From an uncultured bacterium (GTDB taxonomy: Bacteria; Macinerneyibacteriota; Macinerneyibacteria; Macinerneyibacteriales; CAYRFE01), in the NCBI GenBank assembly GCA_964539615.1, contig CAZIJP010000002.1, positions 1 to 59,681 on the forward strand: a stretch of DNA of 59,681 nt. Reading direction: 5' to 3'. The position numbers were made by a program, and so were the translations under genes. Every line of letters starts with the position of its first letter. Position 1 is the stretch's first letter. This document shows positions 26,610-35,808 of the stretch, in pieces. Below the pieces are notes generated by a model that saw only the letters and a list, made by a program, of their open reading frames with translations, did no database searches and had not been told where the DNA came from.

Positions 26610-26858
26610 TTGATGAAACCATATAGTATGAGGTTTAAAATCATTATAGCTGGATTAGTGACATTTATATGTGCGATCGTGACGGCAACGCTTGTCTGGC
26701 ACTACCTCTCGCTCTGGTGTGCCGGGATCTTTGACAGCGTGAATGCGCTGCGCATTGTTTTAGAAGTGATCATATATATCGGATTCTTAATAATATTTGC
26801 CTCGATGGAATCAAAGATAGTAAATAAAATAAAAGAATCGTATAAGAAGAGAATATAA
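26610..26858 (+). CDS. Small hypothetical membrane protein (2 predicted TM helices)
   Basis: 82 aa. Hydrophobic helices 'IIIAGLVTFICAIVTATLVW' and 'IVLEVIIYIGFLIIFASM'. Start is either TTG 26610 or ATG 26613, after AAAGGTG. No recognisable family. Confidence 0.45.
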   Translation: MMKPYSMRFKIIIAGLVTFICAIVTATLVWHYLSLWCAGIFDSVNALRIVLEVIIYIGFLIIFASMESKIVNKIKESYKKRI

Positions 26859-26889
26859 AAAAGGAAATGATGTATCCTAAAAAAAACAC

Positions 26890-26918
26890 TTGCCTTTTTT
26901 ACCGACATAGTATAGTAT
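26890..26918 (+). promoter_or_regulatory. Possible promoter for tRNA-Pro
   Basis: TTGCCT at 26890-26895. The -10 is either TATAGT (26911-26916, 15-nt spacer) or TAGTAT (26913-26918, 17-nt spacer). The tRNA begins about 17 nt downstream. Confidence 0.4.
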
Positions 26919-26934
26919 TTTCTTCGTCACACAG

Positions 26935-27008
26935 CGGGGTGTAGCGCAGCCCGGTAGCGCACTTGGTTCGGGACCAAGGTGTCGGAGGTTCAAATCCTCT
27001 CACCCCGA
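26935..27008 (+). tRNA. tRNA-Pro, anticodon CGG
   Basis: I folded a 74-nt cloverleaf by hand. Acceptor CGGGGTG/CACCCCG; D stem GCGC/GCGC; anticodon stem CTTGG/CCAAG with loop TTCGGGA; 5-nt variable loop; T arm GGAGG-TTCAAAT-CCTCT; discriminator A. CCA is not encoded. Confidence 0.93.
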
Positions 27009-27057
27009 TTTCTCTCGTTTATACCGTAAATCACCGCAAAATCACTGTACAATGCTG

Positions 27058-27086
27058 TTGCAAGCGGTGTTTTCATATGCTATAGT
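27058..27086 (+). promoter_or_regulatory. Sigma70-like promoter TTGCAA-17 nt-TATAGT upstream of hisS
   Basis: TTGCAA at 27058-27063 and TATAGT at 27081-27086. An AAGGAG RBS precedes ATG 27115. Confidence 0.45.
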
Positions 27087-27114
27087 TCGTGCTGTCATAT
27101 AAGGAGATATTACT

Positions 27115-28356
27115 ATGATTGACTCAGTACGCGGCGTGCGTGACCTGTTCGGTGATGACGCACGTTATTACAGATTTGTTGAAGATACTGCCCGTGAAGT
27201 ATTCGGAATGTTCGGATTCACTGAAATTGTGTTGCCCGTTATCGAACACACAGAGCTTTTTACCCGCGGTATCGGCGATACTACCGATATCGTGACCAAA
27301 GAAATGTATACATTCCCTGATAAGAAAGGCCGCAGCCTCACGCTTCGTCCCGAGGGAACAGCAGGCGTTGTGCGCAGTTATGTGCAAAACGGATTTGACC
27401 GCTCTGCGCCGATCCAAAAGCTTTTTTACAGCGGTCCGATGTTTCGGTATGAACGTCCCCAACGCGGACGGTATCGCCAGTTCTATCAGATCGGCGTGGA
27501 AGCATTCGGTGTGCAGGAAGTGGCGCTTGACGCAGATATTATCAAGATGCTTGCAGATTTTCTCTCAGCGCTTGGCATCAATGATATTATTGTTACTATC
27601 AACTCGATCGGATGCCCGGCATGTCGACCGGTCTTTAATAAGGCATTAGTTGATTATCTTGCAACAAAACGCGGTGAACTTTGTGCCGATTGTAACGATC
27701 GCATCGATAAAAATCCGCTACGTGTGCTCGATTGTAAGAATGAACAATGTCAGGCAGCTATTGCAGGTGCGCCGGTCATTGCTGATCACTATTGCGAAGA
27801 ATGTTCAACATCATTCACCGAATTGCAACGTTTATTGAAATGTATGAACATTGATTTCAATGTCAATCCTCGTCTGGTTCGCGGTCTTGATTATTATATG
27901 CGTACCGTTTTTGAGATCGCCTGTGCGGAACTTGGTGCACAAAATGCAATCGTAGGCGGTGGACGGTATGACGGATTAGTGGCGATGCTTGGCGGCGCTC
28001 CCGTGCCGGGTATCGGATTTGCTTTCGGCGTTGACCGCATTATCGAAGTGCTTAAGGAAAAAGGCATTGAAGTGCCGGTAAAATCACGAAAAGTGTTTAT
28101 CGCCTGGCAGCTTGATGATATGTCATTATTGTTCCGTGTGGCAGATATGCTGCGTAAAAGCGGAATACAGGCCGAGTATGTTTATGAACGGAAAAGTTTT
28201 AAAAACCAATTGAAACAAGCTGATAAAAATAATTTCAACTACGTGATCTTTCTTGGCGAAAACGAGGCTAAGAACGAGACCTTACATTTGAAGAACATGA
28301 AGACCGGCGAAGAATTTGAGATCGCCGTTTCATTAATAAACGAAATCATATCCTAG
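27115..28356 (+). CDS. hisS: Histidine--tRNA ligase
   Basis: 413 aa. 'VRGVRDLFG', 'KEMYTFPDKKGRSLTLRPEGTAGVVR', 'GPMFRYERPQRGRYRQFYQIGVE', 'GGGRYDGL'. Confidence 0.95.
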   Translation: MIDSVRGVRDLFGDDARYYRFVEDTAREVFGMFGFTEIVLPVIEHTELFTRGIGDTTDIVTKEMYTFPDKKGRSLTLRPEGTAGVVRSYVQNGFDRSAPIQKLFYSGPMFRYERPQRGRYRQFYQIGVEAFGVQEVALDADIIKMLADFLSALGINDIIVTINSIGCPACRPVFNKALVDYLATKRGELCADCNDRIDKNPLRVLDCKNEQCQAAIAGAPVIADHYCEECSTSFTELQRLLKCMNIDFNVNPRLVRGLDYYMRTVFEIACAELGAQNAIVGGGRYDGLVAMLGGAPVPGIGFAFGVDRIIEVLKEKGIEVPVKSRKVFIAWQLDDMSLLFRVADMLRKSGIQAEYVYERKSFKNQLKQADKNNFNYVIFLGENEAKNETLHLKNMKTGEEFEIAVSLINEIIS

Positions 28357-28366
28357 GAGGCAGTCA

Positions 28367-30112
28367 ATGGAAATTTTAAAGAGAACAGCCTATAACGGGG
28401 CGCTTCGTATCGCTGATGCGGGGAAAACTGTAGTGTTAAACGGATGGATCAGAAAAACGCGTGATTTCGGCAAATTCATTTTTATTGACCTCTGGGACCA
28501 CACGGGTTTATGCCAATTGGTTTTTGATATGAGTAAACCCGAATGCGCCGACGCTAAAACATGTACTGTCGGTGATAGCATCGGTATAAAAGGTACTGTT
28601 ATAGAACGACAAGATAAAAACCCGAAGATGCCTACCGGTGATGTGGAGATCGTTGTCTCGTCATTGACCATCTATTCACATTCCGATGCATTGCCGTTAT
28701 CTGATAACGCTTCCGAAGAAGTACGCCTTAAATATCGTTATCTCGATATACGAACCGATGCTATGCAGAAAAACTTGCGCTTGCGTAATACATTCATCAA
28801 ATGCATCCGTGATTTTATGGATGGAGAAGGGTTTATTGAGGTCGAGACGCCGATTTTATGTAAAAGCACCCCGGAAGGTGCCCGCGACTATCTGATCCCG
28901 TCACGAGTACATCATGGGACGTTTTATGCATTACCGCAGTCACCCCAGATATATAAACAATTGTTGATGATTGCCGGTACAGATAAATATTACCAGATCG
29001 CACGCTGTTTCCGCGATGAGGACCTTCGCGCCGACCGTCAGCCGGAATTTACCCAGCTTGATCTTGAGATGTCATATGTTACGGAAGAGGATATTTTCGG
29101 TCTTATGGAGCGATTGATGTCCTATGCTGTCGAGAAAACCGTTGGCATACCCGTTGCGACGCCATTCGAACGTGTTTCGTATGCTGATTGTATTGAGCGC
29201 TTTGGTTCAGATAAACCGGATATGCGTTTCGGCAGTGAGATCGTTACCATGACCGATAAGATCGATCCGAAAGGTTTTGCGGTTCTCGAAGATGCTATCA
29301 AAGCAGGTAAAGCGGTTAAAGCCATCAAAGTTGCCGGATTGGATATTCCCCGTAAGAAAATAGATGAATATACCGAACTTGCTAAAAAGAACGGCGCAAA
29401 AGGGCTTATGTGGTTCAAAAAGAATACTGAAGGATTCAATTCTCCGGTCCTGAAATTTCTAGCCGACGGCGGAAAAAGCATTGAGTCCGCTTTGTCGCTT
29501 GTCGATGGTGAGACCGCTTTTGTGGCTGCAGATGACTCATTGATCGCTTCGAAAGTTCTCGGGGTAGTTCGCCTGGCTTTACGTGACGATTACGATCTGG
29601 TTGCCGATCCAAAACAGTTAAAATTCTTGTGGGTCACGGAATTTCCGATGTTCAGCTACAATGAAGAGGAAAAACGTTATGAGGCCGAACAGCATCCGTT
29701 TGCGATGCCGCGTCACGACGATATTGAAAAGTATCTGAATAGCGATGTTTTAAAAATACGTTCCCGTTCCTATGACCTTGTTTTAAACGGTGTCGAACTT
29801 GCCTCGGGCAATATCCGAAATCACGATGCTGCGTTACAGGCAAAGGTATTCGGTTTATTGGGTTTTACACCAGAAGAGATGAATAATAAGTTTGGATTTT
29901 TTATCAATGCGTTACAATACGGTGTTCCGCCACACGGCGGAATTGCGCCGGGGATCGATCGCATCATTATGATCCTTACAGGAGCTACATCAATCCGCGA
30001 TGTCATTGCTTTCCCTAAAACGGCACAGGCTGCATGCCTTATGACAGACTCGCCGTCGGAGGTTTCGGAAAAGCAATTGAAAGAACTTGCAATAACTGTA
30101 AAAAAAGGTTGA
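28367..30112 (+). CDS. aspS: Aspartate--tRNA ligase
   Basis: 581 aa. OB-fold N-terminus 'VVLNGWIRKTRDFGKFIFIDLWDHTG', 'FYALPQSPQIYKQLLM', 'YYQIARCFRDEDLRADRQPEFTQLD', 'GGIAPGIDRIIM'. Confidence 0.95.
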   Translation: MEILKRTAYNGALRIADAGKTVVLNGWIRKTRDFGKFIFIDLWDHTGLCQLVFDMSKPECADAKTCTVGDSIGIKGTVIERQDKNPKMPTGDVEIVVSSLTIYSHSDALPLSDNASEEVRLKYRYLDIRTDAMQKNLRLRNTFIKCIRDFMDGEGFIEVETPILCKSTPEGARDYLIPSRVHHGTFYALPQSPQIYKQLLMIAGTDKYYQIARCFRDEDLRADRQPEFTQLDLEMSYVTEEDIFGLMERLMSYAVEKTVGIPVATPFERVSYADCIERFGSDKPDMRFGSEIVTMTDKIDPKGFAVLEDAIKAGKAVKAIKVAGLDIPRKKIDEYTELAKKNGAKGLMWFKKNTEGFNSPVLKFLADGGKSIESALSLVDGETAFVAADDSLIASKVLGVVRLALRDDYDLVADPKQLKFLWVTEFPMFSYNEEEKRYEAEQHPFAMPRHDDIEKYLNSDVLKIRSRSYDLVLNGVELASGNIRNHDAALQAKVFGLLGFTPEEMNNKFGFFINALQYGVPPHGGIAPGIDRIIMILTGATSIRDVIAFPKTAQAACLMTDSPSEVSEKQLKELAITVKKG

Positions 30113-30137
30113 CAGGGGTATCTTGAGTATGTATACT
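30109..30137 (+). promoter_or_regulatory. Sigma70-like promoter TTGACA-17 nt-TATACT
   Basis: TTGACA at 30109-30114 overlaps the aspS stop codon. TATACT at 30132-30137. Confidence 0.45.
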
Positions 30138-30186
30138 TCTGCAAAGGGTGGTAAAAAAGTTGTTATACAATGAGGAGGTGAATGTT

Positions 30187-30483
30187 GTGAAAAAAATCCT
30201 TTTCACGATAATTGCATTTTCGCTTGTTTTCGGAGTTATCGGATGCGAAAAAAAGGTTCAGGTAAAAGATGGCGATAAGACCATCACGATTCCGGAAAAA
30301 GTAGTTCCGCAGTTTGAAGCTACAAAGAAAGCCGAAGAAGATCAGTCTGCAGCTCAGCAACAGCTTGATGCTAAGCAGAAAGAAAAAGAAGACGCTCAGA
30401 AATTGCTCGAAGAACAGAAGAAAAATGAAGCTGATACGAAAAAAGTTGACCAGGTGAAGGAATCTAAGGGAAAACTGTGGTGA
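30187..30483 (+). CDS. Small K/E/Q-rich lipoprotein (hypothetical)
   Basis: GTG 30187 lies 8 nt after AGGAGG (30173-30178) and gives 'VKKILFTIIAFSLVFGVIGCEKK', a signal peptide plus a lipobox Cys. The mature part is charged and helical: 'KKAEEDQSAAQQQLDAKQKEKEDAQKLLEEQKK'. The track start 30148 is in the same frame. Confidence 0.6.
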   Translation: MKKILFTIIAFSLVFGVIGCEKKVQVKDGDKTITIPEKVVPQFEATKKAEEDQSAAQQQLDAKQKEKEDAQKLLEEQKKNEADTKKVDQVKESKGKLW

Positions 30484-30501
30484 GAGTGGAGGTAGAAAGC
30501 T

Positions 30502-31119
30502 ATGAATAAACTTGTATTACTCGTTCTTGCTGCGCTGATCGCGCTCCCGGTTTTCTCGCAGACCCAGCCGGCGGACAATGCATCTGCTGAAGAATGGATG
30601 CGTTATTTCCAACAGCGTGAAGCAAAAGCAAAAGTTGAAAAAGAACGTATTCAGAATGAAATCAATGCTACTGATTCTGAGATTCAGAAGATCAAACAGG
30701 ATACGGCAAACATTCGTCAGTATACCGCTGAAGAAAAACAGATGCTTGAAGACTTTGATAAAGTCCCCAAGAATTATGTTGTTAAAAGCGGCGACTGGCT
30801 GTCTAAGCTTGCAGAATATCCTGAAGTTTACGGAAAAGGAAACTATTGGAAATGGCCGGTTATTTATCGTGCAAACCGTGATCAGATAAAGAATTATGAC
30901 CTTATCTATCCGGGGCAAGATTTCGTAGTTCCGCGTTTGCTTCCTACTGAATGGAAAGTCTATTCAGGTGAAACCGTTTCCGGTATTGCTTCTTACTATG
31001 AGATCTATTACAAAGACGGTTCAAAACGTGCTAATGAGATCAAAGATGCTAATACTGATAAAGTTACAAATCCGAACGCGCTCCAGCCGGGAATTATCCT
31101 GAGCATTCCGCGTCCGTAA
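30502..31119 (+). CDS. Secreted protein with a coiled-coil segment and two LysM-like peptidoglycan-binding domains
   Basis: Signal peptide 'MNKLVLLVLAALIALPVFSQ'. LysM-like segments 'YVVKSGDWLSKLAE...IYPGQDFVVP' and 'WKVYSGETVSGIAS...LQPGIILSIP'. Confidence 0.8.
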   Translation: MNKLVLLVLAALIALPVFSQTQPADNASAEEWMRYFQQREAKAKVEKERIQNEINATDSEIQKIKQDTANIRQYTAEEKQMLEDFDKVPKNYVVKSGDWLSKLAEYPEVYGKGNYWKWPVIYRANRDQIKNYDLIYPGQDFVVPRLLPTEWKVYSGETVSGIASYYEIYYKDGSKRANEIKDANTDKVTNPNALQPGIILSIPRP

Positions 31120-31144
31120 TGTAAATTTAAATCGATTTCTTTCG

Positions 31145-31171
31145 GGGAAGGCTTTAAGCCTTCCCTTTTTT
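31145..31171 (+). terminator. Rho-independent terminator
   Basis: Perfect 8-bp stem GGGAAGGC/GCCTTCCC with a TTTAA loop, followed by T6. Confidence 0.8.
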
Positions 31172-31202
31172 ATTTAATTATGATTCAAAAGAGTAAAAAT
31201 AC

Positions 31203-31231
31203 TTGTAACAATCAACCCAATCGTGTATTAT
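31203..31231 (+). promoter_or_regulatory. Possible promoter TTGTAA-17 nt-TATTAT for the pgpH-ybeY-dgkA-corC-era unit
   Basis: TTGTAA at 31203-31208 and TATTAT at 31226-31231. Confidence 0.4.
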
Positions 31232-31284
31232 TCCTAAAGAGATATGGATGAAAATATACAAAAAAACATGAAACGGTATTACCA

Positions 31285-33444
31285 GTGGTAACAGCTCACA
31301 GTATAATGCATACCATTGTTCTTATAATAAAATCATTTTTTCGAAAGATATTCGGGAAGCCGTATTTAACTGCTGCAAGGGTATTGTCGTTGTTATTATT
31401 GCTCAGTATAACGTTATTGTTTTACATAAGCATCGCGCATGTAAATATTAAAATAATAGAAGGAGAACCTTCGCCGGCAACTATCGTGTCAGAAATTGAT
31501 TTTTTATGGGTTGATGAAGATCAGAGTGATAAGATTATTACGGATAGGATCAATTCGGCTCCGGCGATCTTTGTTTTAGACCCGGATATTGAGAATCAGC
31601 AGATAAGAAAAATTGATAGTGACCTTGATTCTGTTATAGGTGCGTTTCAAAAAAAGGATGAAAATCCTTATCAAAAGATCGTTAAAATTTGGGGAATCCC
31701 CGAACAATTTTCAATTTATTCTTTTGATCAGACGAAAATGATTGCGTTAAAAAGTATATGCAAAGAGATACTTGCGTCATTGTATGAACGAGGCATATTT
31801 AGAACGGATAATCCTGTTTCGGCAATCACAAATTATGAGATACGAAGAAAATCCGACAATATTCTTGTTGATAAGCAAAAGACAATTCTTTTTAAAGATT
31901 CCGGAAAATTTCTTGAATCATATATCCGTAAAACAATAGACGCAGATGAGCAATATATTGCGATGGCATTATATATAACCAATAATTATATATCGGAAAA
32001 TATTTGGTATGATGCCGAGATCACTATGAGGAATAGGGATAGCATACGCCAGAATTTTATACCTGAAAAAATGCTTATATCAAAAGGTGAACTTTTGTGC
32101 TCTAAGGGCCAGGTAGTTGTTAAGAAAAATGTCCTTATGGTAAATGCAATGTATGCTTCTTTAAAAAGAATGGCTTTTATTCGGATTGTTGGATTAATAT
32201 TTTTTTTAGCAATCGTTTGGGTTATAACTAAACGATATTTGATAAGTTTTCACCAAGCAGAATTTAAATCTGCTCAAATGATGATCATATTGACAGGGCT
32301 CTTTTTTATTATTCTCGTAGGATTGTTTTCACGATTATTTCCTTTAGAATATACCTACATGTTTCCCTATATCGCTTTTCCAATCATGTCATATTATGTT
32401 TTCAGGACAAAATTCACCCTCATTTCCGGATTAATATTTTCTCTTGTGTTTATGATGTTTTATACTGATCCTCGGTTCGCTTTCTTGCATGCCTTAACAA
32501 CAATATTTTTCCTTATTCATGCTGTTCGTCTGCGCACAAGAATTCCATCGGTTAAAATATTTCTTATTACATATGTATTTTCTTTGGCAACATCATTAGT
32601 TGTTGATACTGCCTTTATTGGAAAAGTGCCTTCTTTGCCAATTATATCAATACGGTGCATGATATCGGTGTTTTTTGGTTTTATTGTCGGGTATGGTTTT
32701 TTATTTATATATGAAAAATTGTCGGATATTACCTCAGAGATCAGGTTGAAGGAATTACTTGATATGAATCAACCGTTACTGAAAGAATTGATGAACCATG
32801 CGCCAGGTACATATCGTCATAGTATTATCGTAGCAGAATTGTCTGAAGAAGCATGCAAACATATTAATGCAGATCCATTGCTTGCCAAGGTCGGCGGATT
32901 GTATCATGATGTTGGAAAAATCCGCAGGCCAGATTATTATATTGAGAATCAGATGTTAGGACAAAATAAACATGATGCTTTACCACCGCTTATGTCTGTG
33001 CGGATATTGAAAAATCATGTTGCTGATGCAGATGCAAAGTTACGTCAGTATGGATTCGGAAAAAGAATACGCGATATCGTGCGGGAACATCATGGGAAAA
33101 GTCTCATTAAATTTTTTTATACAAAGGCTCTGAAGAATACGCGCAAAGAGGATATTATTGAACAATATTTTCGGTATGACGGTCCGATACCGTCATCAAA
33201 GGAAGCTGCGGTTGTATTTCTTGCAGATAAAGCGGAAGCTGTGTCTCGCGTTATGGTAAATGCATCCATTGTTTCGCTTGCCGAGAGGATCAATAAATTG
33301 ATCACTGAAGCGCTTGAAGATGGGCAATTGGACAATGCCCCTCTGACATTAGCCGAGTTGAAAATCGTTGAAAATAGTTTTATGCGATATTTTCGCGGAT
33401 TACTCCACAAACGAATTGAATATCCTGATATTGGAAAGGAATAG
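31285..33444 (+). CDS. pgpH: 7TM-receptor HD-domain phosphohydrolase (PgpH/YqfF family)
   Basis: 719 aa. N-terminal anchor, an extracytoplasmic domain, about 7 TM helices (aa 300-480), then an HD domain 'HSIIVAELSEEA...GGLYHDVGKI' and 'REHHG'. The start is uncertain: GTG 31285 or ATG 31306. Confidence 0.85.
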   Translation: MVTAHSIMHTIVLIIKSFFRKIFGKPYLTAARVLSLLLLLSITLLFYISIAHVNIKIIEGEPSPATIVSEIDFLWVDEDQSDKIITDRINSAPAIFVLDPDIENQQIRKIDSDLDSVIGAFQKKDENPYQKIVKIWGIPEQFSIYSFDQTKMIALKSICKEILASLYERGIFRTDNPVSAITNYEIRRKSDNILVDKQKTILFKDSGKFLESYIRKTIDADEQYIAMALYITNNYISENIWYDAEITMRNRDSIRQNFIPEKMLISKGELLCSKGQVVVKKNVLMVNAMYASLKRMAFIRIVGLIFFLAIVWVITKRYLISFHQAEFKSAQMMIILTGLFFIILVGLFSRLFPLEYTYMFPYIAFPIMSYYVFRTKFTLISGLIFSLVFMMFYTDPRFAFLHALTTIFFLIHAVRLRTRIPSVKIFLITYVFSLATSLVVDTAFIGKVPSLPIISIRCMISVFFGFIVGYGFLFIYEKLSDITSEIRLKELLDMNQPLLKELMNHAPGTYRHSIIVAELSEEACKHINADPLLAKVGGLYHDVGKIRRPDYYIENQMLGQNKHDALPPLMSVRILKNHVADADAKLRQYGFGKRIRDIVREHHGKSLIKFFYTKALKNTRKEDIIEQYFRYDGPIPSSKEAAVVFLADKAEAVSRVMVNASIVSLAERINKLITEALEDGQLDNAPLTLAELKIVENSFMRYFRGLLHKRIEYPDIGKE

Positions 33445-33445
33445 A

Positions 33446-33856
33446 ATGCTAAGCGTCACAGTCGAACAATCGTTAACCGTGTCAGAAAAGATCATTGCCG
33501 CATGTACTGCAATTGCCGGCCGAATTTTGCAGGATTATGGAAAATCAGAAACGGAAGTCAGCTTATATTTCACGACCGATGCTGAGATACGCGTGATGAA
33601 CCGTGAATATCGCAACAAAGACCAATCGACGGATGTGCTTTCTTTTCCGCTTGAAGACGGGCTTGATTCTATACTAGGGGAGATTATTATTTCTTATGAA
33701 ACTGCTGACCGTCAACGTGAGCAACATTCGATTGAAGAAGAATGTATAGTCTTGTTTGTTCACGGAATGTTTCATTTGCTCGGGTATGATCACGAGACCG
33801 ATGGAGAATATCAGCTTATGCATGAACAGGAAATGAGGTATGTACCTCATGCGTAA
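33446..33856 (+). CDS. ybeY: rRNA maturation endoribonuclease YbeY
   Basis: Signature 'TDVLSFP' and zinc site 'HGMFHLLGYDH'. ATG 33446 starts 2 nt after the pgpH stop. The track's 33368 extension overlaps pgpH and is unlikely to be real. Confidence 0.93.
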   Translation: MLSVTVEQSLTVSEKIIAACTAIAGRILQDYGKSETEVSLYFTTDAEIRVMNREYRNKDQSTDVLSFPLEDGLDSILGEIIISYETADRQREQHSIEEECIVLFVHGMFHLLGYDHETDGEYQLMHEQEMRYVPHA

Positions 33857-34562
33857 AAACAGAAATGTTTGGGAAAGTTTTAATAATGCATTGACGGGAA
33901 TATTTTTTGCTCTCCGTTATGAACGGAATGTACGAATTCATTTCACTATCGGTATATTGGTTCTGGTATATTCGTTTTTTTTACCGTTGAATTTTACGGA
34001 GCGAGCGCTTATAGTATTTGCGATCGCATTTGTTATTGTCTCAGAATTGATCAACACGGCAATAGAGCATACTATCGATCATTTTGTGTCTGTTCTGCAT
34101 GATCCTATGATCAAAGTAGTTAAAGATTTAAGTGCCGGTGCCGTATTCTGCGCTTCACTGAATGCTATTTTTATAGGGTATTTTATTATTTACCAAAAAT
34201 CTACCGTTTATATTGCCAATTTTATTGAATTTGTAAAAAAATTACAAGCTAATATTGTTATGATCTCGTTAGTTCTTGTTATGGCACTTGTCGTGATCTT
34301 AAAGCTAGCCACGCGCAGCGGATCTCCTTTCAGGGGAGGTTTCCCAAGCGGGCATTCCTCTTTTGCATTTGCAGTTTTAGCGCTTACTGTATTATACAGT
34401 CGTCATGATCTACTTACCGTATCAGTTTTTATATTGGCCTTTTTCGTTTCAAAAAGCAGAATAGACATGAATATTCATACTACATGGCAGGTTGTATCGG
34501 GAGCCTTATTGGGATTTTTTATGACTTTGTTTTTAAATATTATTATCGGAGGGATTGTCTGA
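33849..34562 (+). CDS. dgkA: Fusion protein: DgkA-type lipid (diacylglycerol/undecaprenol) kinase followed by a PAP2 lipid phosphatase domain
   Basis: N-terminal DgkA motifs 'FFALRYERNVRIH' and 'VSELINTAIEHTID'. C-terminal PAP2 motifs 'KLATRSGSP', 'PSGH' and 'SRIDMNIHTTWQ'. The start is ATG 33849 (10 nt after GAGG) or ATG 33840. Confidence 0.8.
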   Translation: MRKNRNVWESFNNALTGIFFALRYERNVRIHFTIGILVLVYSFFLPLNFTERALIVFAIAFVIVSELINTAIEHTIDHFVSVLHDPMIKVVKDLSAGAVFCASLNAIFIGYFIIYQKSTVYIANFIEFVKKLQANIVMISLVLVMALVVILKLATRSGSPFRGGFPSGHSSFAFAVLALTVLYSRHDLLTVSVFILAFFVSKSRIDMNIHTTWQVVSGALLGFFMTLFLNIIIGGIV

Positions 34563-34563
34563 T

Positions 34564-35808
34564 ATGACGTTGTCATTAATTATTATAGCCGGTTGTGCCG
34601 CGGTTTTGTTATTTCTTACTCGGTTTGTTGAAATTGCCTTTGTCAGTGTTGAGTATGATGATATCAAGGATATTGTTCTTGGCAATAGATTTATCAAGAC
34701 GATGTTTTTGCAATGGTTCAAGCACGCCAATATTTTATTGGCTTCATTGCAGTTTATTCGTTTTGCAATAGAAGTAAGCGCCATCTGTATTGCTTGGCAG
34801 CATGAGAACATTTATTCTGTAATCATTGTTTTTGTTTTTATCATTGTTATCGGCGAGTATGTCCCTCGTACCTTGGCTATGCAGAAGGGGATCAGGCATA
34901 CGTATTACATTATCGTACCGCTGTACTATTTTTGCCTTATCATTTCTCCTATTATACGATTGCTGATGTTGCCTGCTGACCTGATCATTAAAATGTTCGG
35001 CGGGACTATGGTTATTAATATCCCGTATTTAACAAAGATCGAGGAGCAGGTCTTGACCAATGTGCTGACTGAGGAAAGTGATAAACAAGAAAGCGAAATG
35101 CTTGCGAGCGTTTTAGAATTCAAGGAAACGATTGTTCGGGAGATCATGATCCCCCGTATCGATATCATTGCGATTTCAGCCGATTGCACCTGGGAAGAAT
35201 TAAATACCATTATTCAAGAGAATGGTCATTCCCGTATGCCGGTGTATGATGATCGTTTGGACAATCTTATCGGTGTGCTATATGTAAAGGATCTGATCGG
35301 AATTGATCCGAAAAAAATAACAATAAGATCAATACTTCATGAGCCTTATTTTGTTCCGGAAACTAAAAAGATCAATTTGCTTTTACGAGATTTTCAATCA
35401 AAGCATGTTCATATGGCTTTCGTTGTAGATGAGTATGGCGGTTTGGTCGGATTGGCCACAATCGAAGATGTGCTTGAAGAGATCGTCGGTGAGATCGAAG
35501 ACGAATACGATGAAGAGGAAGCAATGTTCACTCGTATCAATGATAAGCAGTTCATCGTTTCTCCTAAAATGACACTTGATGAATTTTCCGATGTATTTCA
35601 CATTGATATACATCATTATATAACCGATGATGATGAGACATTTGAAACGATCGCAGGTTTCATTATTTCGCTCTTGGGCAACCTTCCCCGGAAGGGTTAT
35701 GAACATGCATTTGATGATTTTAAATTGAGAGTGCTCGATGTAGACAAACGGCGCATCATAAAGATAATGCTAACGCTTAACGCGCCGCTTGATAAAGGAG
35801 AGAAATAA
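34564..35808 (+). CDS. CNNM/TlyC/CorC-family protein (DUF21 membrane domain + CBS pair + CorC_HlyC domain)
   Basis: N-terminal TM helices. CBS region 'REIMIPRIDIIAI...HSRMPVYDDRLDNLIGVLYVKDLI'. 'VDEYGGLVGLATIEDVLEEIVGEIEDEYD'. ATG 34564 lies 10 nt after GGAGGG. Confidence 0.88.
   Translation: MTLSLIIIAGCAAVLLFLTRFVEIAFVSVEYDDIKDIVLGNRFIKTMFLQWFKHANILLASLQFIRFAIEVSAICIAWQHENIYSVIIVFVFIIVIGEYVPRTLAMQKGIRHTYYIIVPLYYFCLIISPIIRLLMLPADLIIKMFGGTMVINIPYLTKIEEQVLTNVLTEESDKQESEMLASVLEFKETIVREIMIPRIDIIAISADCTWEELNTIIQENGHSRMPVYDDRLDNLIGVLYVKDLIGIDPKKITIRSILHEPYFVPETKKINLLLRDFQSKHVHMAFVVDEYGGLVGLATIEDVLEEIVGEIEDEYDEEEAMFTRINDKQFIVSPKMTLDEFSDVFHIDIHHYITDDDETFETIAGFIISLLGNLPRKGYEHAFDDFKLRVLDVDKRRIIKIMLTLNAPLDKGEK

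Noticed and set aside
29143-29158. Good sigma54-type -24/-12 match, TGGCAT-N5-TTGCG.
   Set aside because: It lies in the middle of the aspS coding sequence with no start codon downstream to serve. It is most likely a chance occurrence. Other TGGCAC hits (1478, 7921, 10630, 22204, 38999, 55290) lack the TTGC element at the right spacing.
31244-31291. 15-codon upstream ORF 'MDENIQKNMKRYYQW' overlapping the candidate GTG start of pgpH.
   Set aside because: It has no convincing RBS, is very short, and nothing distinguishes it from chance. It mainly shows that the pgpH start (31285 or 31306) is uncertain.
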